From Cenococcum geophilum (taxonomy: Eukaryota): 64,000 nt of DNA. The notes under the pieces were generated by a model. The model saw nothing but the letters and a program-made list of their open reading frames with translations, made no database searches and was not told where the DNA came from. Shown here one piece after another: positions 49,660 to 60,549 of the stretch (its first letter is position 1; each line of letters opens with the position of its first letter). Where the stretch lies: positions 11,904,001 to 11,968,000 of the forward strand of contig CP158636.1 in the NCBI GenBank assembly GCA_050273025.1, given 5' to 3'. Both the position numbers and the translations under genes were made by a program.

Positions 49660-52230
49660 TAACTTAAAGAATGCGGTATTAGATCTAACTTCTATAACGT
49701 CTAAAACTAATAACCTTTAGTAAAGGGAGGATAAGAACTAGGAGGTTAACTTACATCTAGGAGAAACTATAAGTCCGTTACTTTATAATAAACTACTAAT
49801 AGAATAAGATAAGGTATATATTATGGCCTAGCCTCTACTAGCTCTAGGGACTTTAGGGACTTCTTACTTTACGGGATAAAACGTATTATAATTTATTAAA
49901 TAATATAAGCGACTATATATTTAACACTATATTACGGACAATAAGAAGTATTAAGGACTTCCAGAATATTATAACTATTAGATAGGGACATAAATCTAAA
50001 GCCTAAATAGATAGAACTTATAAAAAAGCTTTAGACAGACTACTAAGGAAGTAACTACTTTTAATAAGTTAAGACGGTAGAATTTTTAGAAGCTTATATA
50101 CTATAGTGCAGAAATAACCTACTTAGTAGTATACGCAAGTACTATAGATAATTTATACTAATTTCCTAGAAGGTTATAAAGGCTAGTAATTTAGAAAACT
50201 ATAAATAAGGATACTAGTTTATAAAAGGACTCCTATTTAAATATTAAAGATATACTATAACTAAGATAGGAGCTGACCTAGATAGATAAAAGTCTTTTAA
50301 CTTCTACCTACTAAGGAGGGCTATAAAAATAGGCTTAATTTACATAAGGGTGTAAATTGCTTATTAATAATAAACCCTAAGAAATAAGGTCTTTATTAGC
50401 TAGTTAGATAATTCCATAATTAGTAACCGTTTATATTAAACTAAAGAGATGCTACTCTTTAGCCGCCTATAGTCTCTTAGTTAAATAAGTTGGTAAGTAC
50501 CTATTATATAACCTAAGAGGTAAACCCTAAGCTAGAGAAGCTTATTACTTAACTCTAAAGGCTTAATCTAGGGATAGTTAAATTAGTAAGTATTACGTCT
50601 TTAATCCTATTCCTTAATAGGATTCGCTAAGATCTAATATAGTATACGCAGCCCCTAAATAATACGTTAGTATATTAAGAATAAGTAGGTCTATAATTAG
50701 TAATAAATAATAACAGGCTACTACTATTCTATAAGGGGGCGCTATAAGAGCAATATAAGCTAGGCCTAGGAAGGTATAGAGGACTAGAAAACCTTAGTGT
50801 ATACTAAGTATAAGCTAAGACGTACTATAGATATGGAGGCCCTTATTAATTTATTAACTAATACCTAAAGCTTTAAGAACTAGTTAGTTATAGGTTCTTA
50901 TATATAAATAAGAATAACCAAATCTATACTAAAATATATAAGCGCCTAGAAAATCTATTTCTATATTTACTAAGCAATAATTAAATTTAGTTCCTTAAAG
51001 ACTAGCTAAGGTAAAATGCGAATATTAAGCCTAATGTGATGGCGATAGGCATTTAACTAAATACGTCCTTAGTAGAGCTTATAAAAAGTAATAGCGCTAA
51101 AAATAAAGAAGAACTTGGCGAGTCCTAGAAAGATATATACTAAGTAAAGTTAGTATATATTAATTTAGTAGAAGTAGTAACCTAGTTACAGCCTATAACA
51201 CGGTTATATAATCTTAGGAAACTGTAAGGGGATATAAGGGTAATAAAACTACCTTTAAGACTAACTGGTCCGTAACTAGTAATAGTTTAAAATATATAAC
51301 TAAGAGGATATATCTAAATCGCACTATAATTATAATGGTAGGTTCCTTAATTGCTAGGAAATAATAAGGAGACTAATAAATTAGACTATATTAAATAGTT
51401 AAGAAAAGAAGTAAAGTAAGGAATAGATATAATAATAACCGCTAAAGCACCGCAATTAAAACTAGTTAGAATAATAGATATACTAAAAGGGAACATCTTG
51501 ACCCTAACTATAATAGCAAATAAGATTTTATTAAAAACTATTAAAGTTACTATTAGGAACTGCCTTATATATATACCTAAAGTTATAAAGTTATTCTTTA
51601 AGCCTCTCCTACTACCTCTTATAGAGCCTTATTAATAAAAGCAAGAAGGCGTTAAAGTATTTATATTATTAGCGTACCTAATATTTTATGCTAACTAAGC
51701 TAGCCTAATAACTGCTAAGGTAAACTAGATTAAACGAGAAGTAGGATTTACCTAGTTTTAATAATAATATTTAAAGGTAGAAGTATAGATAGGAGATAAA
51801 AGGACTAGGTGTTTAATTAATTCTAAAGCGGAGCTTAACCTTATTAAGGAAAGTGTAGCTCTATAATATAGCTTGCTAATATTAAGTCTACCCCTATAGT
51901 TATAGGGCGTATATCTAGCGTTTACTAATAGGACTTAGTTTAAGTTTATTGGATTAGTATATACGGCCCCTATAGTAATTAGTAACGTTTTAATATCTAT
52001 AACTTTTATTACTATAAGAGAAATATTATATAAGGTAATACTTAGTAAGCAATAGTTAGTAAGGGCTAAACTAGTAATAAAGTAAACCGCAATAGGCTAG
52101 GTATTTTATATTATTTAATTAAAAGATAACGGAGTTAAAATAAGGTTTTTAATATTTTATAAGGATATAATATTCCTTAGACTAGATAAAGAAATTAGTA
52201 TAGGTAGTAGTTTAGAAAATATATAACTGG
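49660..52230 (+). pseudogene. gag: Element A gag and protease
   Basis: PL.A.GT.GT.YFTG*NV motif ~49830; knuckle ~50820; CLI(D)S.AELNLI ~51810. Confidence 0.7.
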
Positions 52231-52599
52231 TATAACCGCTAGAATTATATTTAGGGTTACTTATAACCTAGTATATTAGGATAAAAAAAAGCTAAGGGCG
52301 AAAAGAATAGAGATAAGGGAGAGGAGGTAAATAAGGTACGATTTTAATAAGGACGCTTACTATCTTAGATATCCGCTAGATATAGCTATTAATAAAAAGA
52401 AGAATATAATACTAAATAGAAAGAGCTTAATAGTAAAATATTAAAGGAAGGCCTAAAGAAGTACTTAAGAGAAAAGTAGAAGCTAGTATTTAAAGTAAAG
52501 GCTAGATCCCTTATATATTAAATATTAAAAATAATAAATCTATTTATAATATAAATAGAAAGTTATAAGAGTAAGGCCTAATAGAACGCTATAAGTATA

Positions 52600-55500
52600 G
52601 TAACCATATATAAATAAAAAGCGGATAAAGTCTGCCTAGTTAACTTGTTAGCACTAGATAGAATAGTTATAGGAGGCATAATAAAGTAGCGAGAAGTGGC
52701 CCTATATTAGTAAAAGGCGTCCATTTAAGGATTACCTCTTAGTCTATATAATTATTTCCTTAAGCCGCGATATACTAAGCTAGCCTATAGTGTATAACTA
52801 ATGCTAGAATAATTAGAGCGTATAATTATAGGAGATATTTAGCTAAGAGAACGAGAAATCTTTAAGGCTATATTATTTAACTAAAAAGAAGCTCTAATAT
52901 AGGAGTTCTTTAAGATAGGTTATATTAGTAGGGATATAACTCCACTATTAAAGATTAAGACTGTACTATATAAAGTATAGTAAGTACTAAAATTTTCTAT
53001 ACTAAGGGCCCTATAAGGAGAGGTAATAAATATATTATAAGAATGACTAGCTTAAGGGACTCTAAAATGTTGCAAAAGCCTATATAGAAATCTATAGTTT
53101 TTTATAAGTAAAAAGAAATATAAAAAGTACTAATTAATTAACGCGGCAATAAATATTAACTAAGTAACTATTAGGGATGTAAATCTACCGCTATATATTA
53201 ATTAATTCTCTAAGGAGTTTATAGGGTATAAGGTTATATTTTTAGTAGACTTATTTTCTAGCTATAATTAATTAGAGCTAGATATAGAAAGTAGGAACTT
53301 AATAGCCTTTATAATACCTCTAGAACTTTAATAATAAATAACAATACCTATAAAAGGCACGAATTTAGTAGCCTAGTTTATAAGAATAATTACTAAAATC
53401 CTAGAGTAATATATCCTATATTATACCTTGCTGTTTCTAGATAATATTATAGTAAAAGAACTATAGATAATATATAATGGAGAAGAGAGCCTTTTAGGCA
53501 TACGCAGATATATTTTAAAATATATTATATAGCTAGATGGAGTACTTATAGATTTAAAATAAGCTAGGTATATAATCTTAGGCGTAAAGTCTTATTTCTA
53601 TAAAAATAAATAGGATATAGTCTTATATAACTAGATATATAAAGTCATTACTACTTATATTAATATAAGAGCGGTATTTAGTTCTAAGCGGAGCAGAAGC
53701 ATAATTTAGAAAAGCTTAAATATTGGGCATTACTGTATATATTAAAGAAGTGTTAAGTATACCTATCCCTTAGCCCGTCGATTTAGATCCGTAGCTTATC
53801 GATAAGCGCCAGCCAATTAGATTAACTAGATTCGATAGTCGTGCTTAGATATTTAAAGCCTTTGGATATTGCTTATTTCTTATACAAAATATCTATACAA
53901 GCTCATTCTTTGGAGTTGAGTCGCTTAATATAAGGCTGCCAGCAAGTGTCGTTCCCGCATAATTGCGGGGCATAATGGTGGTGTAATTAATGGTTAAATT
54001 CTACAGTCTTGATTCTGGTGTTCGCGTATAGACCACGTACTCTACGGACCCCGACGGTTTAAGGGATACAGCGTCCGCTTTACGGTTAAGATAAATATAA
54101 ATACCTTAGTTGCATAACTAAATTATACTACTACTAATTTACTAGGAGCCTTAATAATATAATGGCTAGTATAGATCCAGCTATAGGACTTTAATATTAA
54201 ATATATACTAGGGAAGAAGAATAGCCTAGCTAATAGGCTATTATAATAACTACTAAATAGCAAATGGCCTAATAAACTAACTAAGGATATTAAAGAATTT
54301 ATTAACTATAAGCTAAGTGCTTTAAAATATACGGCTAGCCTAGTTAAAATAGAGGTGGATTTACTATTAGAGGACTTATATTTAAAGGTGTCTTAAAGGA
54401 TTGCAAAATGGCTAGTAGCCTTACAATATTTAGAAGGAATAAATACTAAGGAATTTAAAATATTTAAATAGCATATACTAAAGTTCCTAGTGTATAATTA
54501 GCAGCTCTTCTACTAATAGTTTAAAAATATATATACTAATGCGGAGGGTAATAAATAACAAGAATACTTAGCGAGAGATTATTAAGAGCCTTTATAATTA
54601 GAGCGGACATTATAAATAAAAAGGAACGTATTAAAGAGTTTTTAATTAATATCGGTGGCTAGAACTATGGGATTAGATATTATAGCATATTAAGTTATAT
54701 CTATAATGCTAGGGGTGGCAGTTAGAATAGAAAGAAGTAATATACCCTATATAGGAGTCTACTTTATAATAACGAGTAACAGTAAATATTATGTTTATAC
54801 TAATAACCCGTCTTAAATTCTAATATTTAGCTACTACTTAAGAATATATATCTAGATAGGTAGAAGCGCAAGCCCTTTAGAAAAAGGATACTAAAAGTAT
54901 AGCGAAGTTCCTCTATAAAGACGTTATTTATAGATAGGGAGTATTTAGATAGCTTTCTATAAATAGTGGTAGAGAAAATACTAATATAACCGCTGCGCTT
55001 GCGAAGCTCTATTATATTAAAAGGGTTATAGCTTTTATATATTACCTATAGGGATAAGGCTTAATAGAGCGAGGGCATAAGCCTATAGTAGATGCTTTGG
55101 CAAAAATAGATGGCTTATAGCTAGATAATCTCTATACCATTTAATAGGCAGATAAAATAACTACTAAGCGGCCTACAGATATAACGCTAGTAGGAGTTAT
55201 ATATGGATATAAGCATATCCTTTCTATTAAACTCTATATACCTACTTAGTAAATAGTTCGGACTACTATAAAGCTGTTAATATTTTATATAAAGTAGTTT
55301 AACTGAAGAGACGTAGATATAAAAGAGACTATTATATATATAAGATAACTAAGGGCAGCAAATAAGGGGTACCCTAATAATACCTATTATATTCGCTAGG
55401 ACGGATTTAAGGCTAAAGATATAGTTATGCTTTATAATATATAGCTTAAGCAAGATTATTCTAGTAGCTATAAGTTAGATCTAAAATAGCTAGGCCTGTT

Positions 55501-55780
55501 CTACGTATATAAGAGTTCCTCTTATAAAGGATAGTATTTAATTAAGGATCTTAACAGCATGCCGTTTTAAGATTAAACTCTAGGGAACAGATTAAGGAAG
55601 TTCTATTAATAATAGATATCTAAAGTCCGCTAGGAAAACTGGCTTAACTAGTTAGGCAGAACTATACTATAAAAAATAATAGTAGAGCTAAAGCCTAAGG
55701 AAGACATATAAAGTCCACTAGTATTATAACGCCATATATTTTAAGAAGTGCGCGTTTTAAAAAGATTATTTAATAGAACT
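52600..55780 (+). pseudogene. pol: Element A pol (RT-RH-IN), with an internal deletion at ~53610 and a MITE insertion
   Basis: YK*KADKV.LV, LVDLFS(G)Y(DQ)L, FLD(D)IIVK, Y(E)SGI*, YL|Y(G)VRF, KLDLK*LGLF; no chromodomain seen. Confidence 0.85.
53767..54065. mobile_element. 299-bp MITE with CCC..GGG termini
   Basis: TIR cccttagcccgtcg vs revcomp cccttaaaccgtcg (12/14) plus tccgtag; AT duplicated; removal restores RNase H VYLYGVRF. Confidence 0.8.
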
Positions 55781-58700
55781 AAATACAAAATGTTTAACTA
55801 GAGGATAGTTAAGTTCTAAGGTAGGGAAGGGGGCGTAAATAATAGCCGCGTAGTTTATCCGTTTATTCGCCGTATTTCTTAAAGCTCTTTCTATTACGCC
55901 TTCTTATTTACTTTTTCTAGTCACAGGAATTTAATGCGTATTAATAGTAAGGTAGGGGTAGAAGAATGTTTGCGTATAGCTATCTAGTATTATTTACTAT
56001 AAAGATATTAGTTCCGCTTACCGCCTTTACTAAGCTAATAGCAATTTTCTATACCGGGTATAGAAAGTTATAATTAGTTTATTTAATAATTAGAGCTAGT
56101 AGAACTCTATACTACTATCTAAATTTAGTAGACCATTTAGATTAGAAAGCCCTATTTAAAACTTTACCTTTTTAGCCTTAATAACCCTTAGAGATAGTTA
56201 TAAGCTACTAAAATATAAACTAAGTAGAATTAAGAATAATAGTACGCTTATTATATCTTTATTTAGTAGATTACTAGTCCTCTATAAAGGAGCTAAGTAA
56301 TAGATTAGTAACGTCCTTACGGAAGTTAGAGGCTTCGCGGTTAATTAACGTTAAGTAGTGCTTATCTAAATCTATAACGAGATTTTGCTCTTATAAGAAA
56401 ACTACGCAGATACTGCTAGTATAGTAGTTAATTTCATTAATTAAGATAATGGACTATAAGCATCTCTAGGAAAGGACGCATTTATATTACTCTTTAGGGA
56501 TATCTCTAACGTTAGTAAAATGGCTAAAGATTAGAGAAACTAATATAACGAAGCTAAAGAGACTATCTAAAAGGCCTAGGGATAAGATATTTTTAACGGA
56601 CTACTTAAATACACAGTCTCCTATAACTTCCTTTTTGCTATCTAAAATCTTGCAATCTACCTACTTTCTAAAGTTATAGTAAAAGTTAATAAAGCTCTAA
56701 TTAAGAGGCTTAACTATTTAAGACGCGGTATTAAGACTACTACTTAACTACAGCTAGCCGATTTTATGTTTGCGTTTATAAAGTTAGGAAGGGCGATATT
56801 AGACTAGGTAGTAAATAAGTATAGTTTAGAAAGATACTTAACTAGCTTCCTTGTTTTAAATAAGGACCTACTACTAAAAAGTAAAAAACTAGCTACTATA
56901 AGACTAGAGGTTATTAATATTAAAATTAGATAAGTAGGAGAGAGCTTGGCTCTTACACTATAAATATATTTATAATATACTTCCGACATAATAAACCTAT
57001 TAGCTTCTTAGCCGTTAACGCCTATTTAAGGAGGAGGCGTTAGTATTGTGCCAAGCCCGTCCTAGCAAGGATTACCTATATTAGTTAACTTGCCTTTATT
57101 ATCTATAAATAAAAGTATTCTTACAGCTAGAACGCCTATTAACTCGCCCCTACGGCTATTAGTATCTTTTTTAAGAAGGAACCTAAAGAGAGGACTAATG
57201 GTTACTTATCTAGAAGTAGAAGGGCTAAAAGTAGAATTAATATTTAATAAAAATATTATTAAGCCGGGAGATAATAAGGAGTATATTAAGAAGGCTATAA
57301 ATACTATAGCAATACTCCGTGTAAAATAAGGGTACAACTATAAGGATAACATGCTAGCGTATTAAAAAGCGTCCCTAAACTAAATAATTAAAATTAAACT
57401 AGTAAAGGTTATAAAGCTCTTATATAGCTAGTATAAGGCGGTTAATTCTAATCTAGAAATATATAAGGTTTACTAGATATATATATAAGCAATAGGAGGA
57501 TGTATAGGTTTAGTAATAAAAGGTTTAAATTATACCACACTATATTATAGACTGTTTAATATATTACGCTTATAACTACCTTAGCACTATAAAGATAGAT
57601 CCTATTATATATTCCTAGTTTAGAAAAGCTTATAGGCCTCTAGTTCTATCCAACTCCCTAGAACTATATAAGTTTATTTATAACTTAGTACTAAGGTTTT
57701 CCTATAATAGAGAGACTTTACTTAATTAAATAATAATATTAGATAACTAAGAGGTATAGGAGTAAGAAGGATCCGTAGTTTTTAATATATTTAAATAGTA
57801 GTAGGATTTTAGCATTTTAATAATAATCAATAAAGAAATATGTATATACCGCTATTATTAGCATCTAATTAATAGGCGGCTAAATTACGGCTAGTTAAGA
57901 ATAATGGTCTATAGTCTTTACTAGTAGCTAATAAAATAGAATCCTTAGTATTACCGTCTCTATTACGTACTTAGGCCTAATAGCTAGTAGCAACTTATTT
58001 CTTACCCTTATTATATAAAATTCGCGGTTAAGAAAAACTCTATAGCTTTCCGCTATATTAATATTAACATTCCTTCTCTTCTAGAGAGTGGATATAGTGC
58101 TAATATAATCTAAGAAAGCATTTCTCTAGATAATAAAACTAAAGATAATTATATAATTATCCTGCTTAGTATATATTATTACCTAAAATTATAGTAGGAA
58201 GATTTTAAAGCGTAAGGATTAACTAAGGGCAACAGGTTTATATATAAGATCTTAGACTATAACTAGACTACTAAGGACGTTAAAAAGTACGCAACTAACT
58301 AGGTGGCTTAGCTGTGCGAGAAAGGAGACGTATATATAACTATACCTTACCTTCCTTATAGGGTAAAGAGACCTTTAACTAGGACCTAGTAAATAATACT
58401 ATTATAGTTTATTAGTATTTAGGACAATTATAATAACTTTAAGGTTATAGAAGAAAGAACCTAGGTAGAGCTAGTAAATACTTACTAAAACTTAAAAGCG
58501 CCGCCCTATACGCCATCCAGATATACTAATCTTTATAGCATAATCCCTTACTACTTCCCTAGTGTAGTTAAGCTTATAGCTACTAGCGCCTTATTTAACG
58601 CCCTTCTAGGTAGACAATAATAGGACTTTTTAGCGGTATTTTAAATTATAACCTTTTTCTTAATAGCAATAGGAATAAAGTTAGGAAGTAGATATATTTC

Positions 58701-59833
58701 TACTATCTTAGGGTTGTTAAAAACTATAAGGATGTATTTTAGCTTATATATATAACTAAAATAGAGCGCTTTAATAGCCGCTTATACTTTTACTGCGTTA
58801 ATAATAAAATTAATCCTTTAATTATTGCGGTAGATCCTAGCAGAGTACCCCCTATTATTATAGAAGAATAAAGTTATATAGAGTAGCTTAAAGAACTATA
58901 GAATAGAACTAAGTAAATAGAAGAATGTAAAAGAGCTACGTTATCTAAGAGCTGCTAGTTTAATGCCTCTTATACTACTCTACTAGGCGGGTATAAGTGG
59001 TCTTGTTTAACTAGAATAGAGTCTTCCTGTTTACTATCTTAGGTTTATAGTAAGGGTAAGGAATATATACGGTTACCTACTATACCTTTATTTCGAAGAT
59101 AGGGAGTTTTAGAGTTTTAAAGTTTTGGAAGTTATTAGGGGATAATAACTTAAGTAGGGGAGGTATATGGTGGGGTAAATTGGCTTACTAGATTTAATAT
59201 CCAGTTTAGGTATAGTCTAGGAAGCATATAGGCCTTCCGTAGATATATAGATTGATTTACGGCCCTAGAGTCTTTAATAATTTAAATAGGCACGATAGAC
59301 AAAGAGTCTCTTCTTAAAAATACACTTTTTTCTTCTTTTCTTACTAACTGCTTTCCTACTAATTTCTATTAACTAACTACGACCGACCGACAGACTAATA
59401 GTACCGTAACTTCTTATCTGGAGAGAGACCTTCCCTTCTATACTAGTAGTTATCTGCTTACTTAACCTATTTTAGTTTTATCTCCTTCTATTTTATAAAG
59501 TAATAGATATTATATCTAGCGGAGTTATAATTCCCGCTACTAATCCCTACCCCGTAGCTATCTTAGTCTTTACCTTTATTATTATAATTTTTAGATCTAC
59601 GTACTCCTAGTAAGCCGCCTTTATTACTTTATTATTGCTAATTTCCACATTTATTTTAAATGGATTTATTAAATCTTTAGGTATATTAAATCTATATATA
59701 TCTTTCCTATAATAGAGCCTATTTTATTTATTATCCGATTTCTATATACCTTAGACTCCTCTTAACTTGGCTTTTATAGCTAATAGCTTACGCCGTACTT
59801 AGTATCTTTATAAATTTAGTATATGTTATTTAT

Positions 59834-60043
59834 TGTCACGGGAGTTACCTAGGTACGCTCGTCCTGTAACACCTACGCGCGTCCTATAACTACCCCTATT
59901 TCTTTAACTACGTTAACTTAACCTATTCCGTTTTCTTATCTAAATATCTTTATATTAACTACGTATAGTTACACATACATAGCCTTCTTAATTACTACCC
60001 CGTTTAGTATATTGTATTCTAGTTTATACCTACTTTCGTAACA
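59834..60043. mobile_element. Probable solo LTR (210 bp)
   Basis: TGTCACG...CGTAACA inverted termini; flanks ttat/ctat; no PPT and no partner LTR in the window. Confidence 0.5.
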
Positions 60044-60248
60044 CTATATTTAGATCCCTTTTTATATACTTAGTAGGTTTAGGGCTACTAGTTATAGAGT
60101 ATACCTTTCTACGCCTAATAAGAGGATAGGAATAGAAGCTGCTAACTATAGGTAGACTAGGACGCTAGGGTTCTAAACTGGTATAACAAGACGAGAAATT
60201 TACTTATTTCTCGCGCCTATGGCGGACTTTTGTCCTTCTAAACTCAGT

Positions 60249-60507
60249 CTGCCCTACTGCTGCCCTGCTACTGCCCTGCTACTACCCTACTACTGCCCTA
60301 CTACTGCCCTGCTACTACCCTACTACTGCCCTACTACTACTCTGCTACTGCTCTGCTACTGCTCTGCTACTGCCCTACTACTGCTCTACTACTACCCTAC
60401 TACTGCCCTGCTACTGCCCTACTACTGCCCTGCTACTGCCCTACTACTGCCCTGCTACTGCCCTACTACTACCCCACTACTACCCTACTACTACCCTACT
60501 ACTGCTA
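60249..60507. repeat. CTACTGCCCTG/CTACTGCCCTACTG minisatellite downstream of the Helitron ORF
   Basis: roughly 20 units of 11-14 bp, read directly. Confidence 0.95.
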
Positions 60508-60549
60508 TACCGTCCCCCTATATCTTAGCCTGTAACAGGCAGTAAAATA

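Larger units (their letters stand above)
28809..59442 (+). mobile_element. Gypsy element A (non-chromoviral, Ylt1-like RT), ~10.6 kb without nested B
   Basis: 277-bp LTRs 28809-29085 and 59166-59442; purine tract before the 3' LTR; CTAG on both flanks (4-bp TSD). Confidence 0.9.

Noticed and set aside
53611..53765. Initially read as part of a foreign insert
   Set aside because: Translates as element A RNase H; the insert is only 53767-54065
59447..59833. Possible gag next to the 59834 LTR (continuing at 28500-28808)
   Set aside because: Coding-like on the minus strand, but no gag motif, primer site or partner LTR; identity unresolved
60219..60545. 108-aa YYCPTTALLLP repeat protein
   Set aside because: Translation of the Helitron subterminal minisatellite; no evidence it is coding
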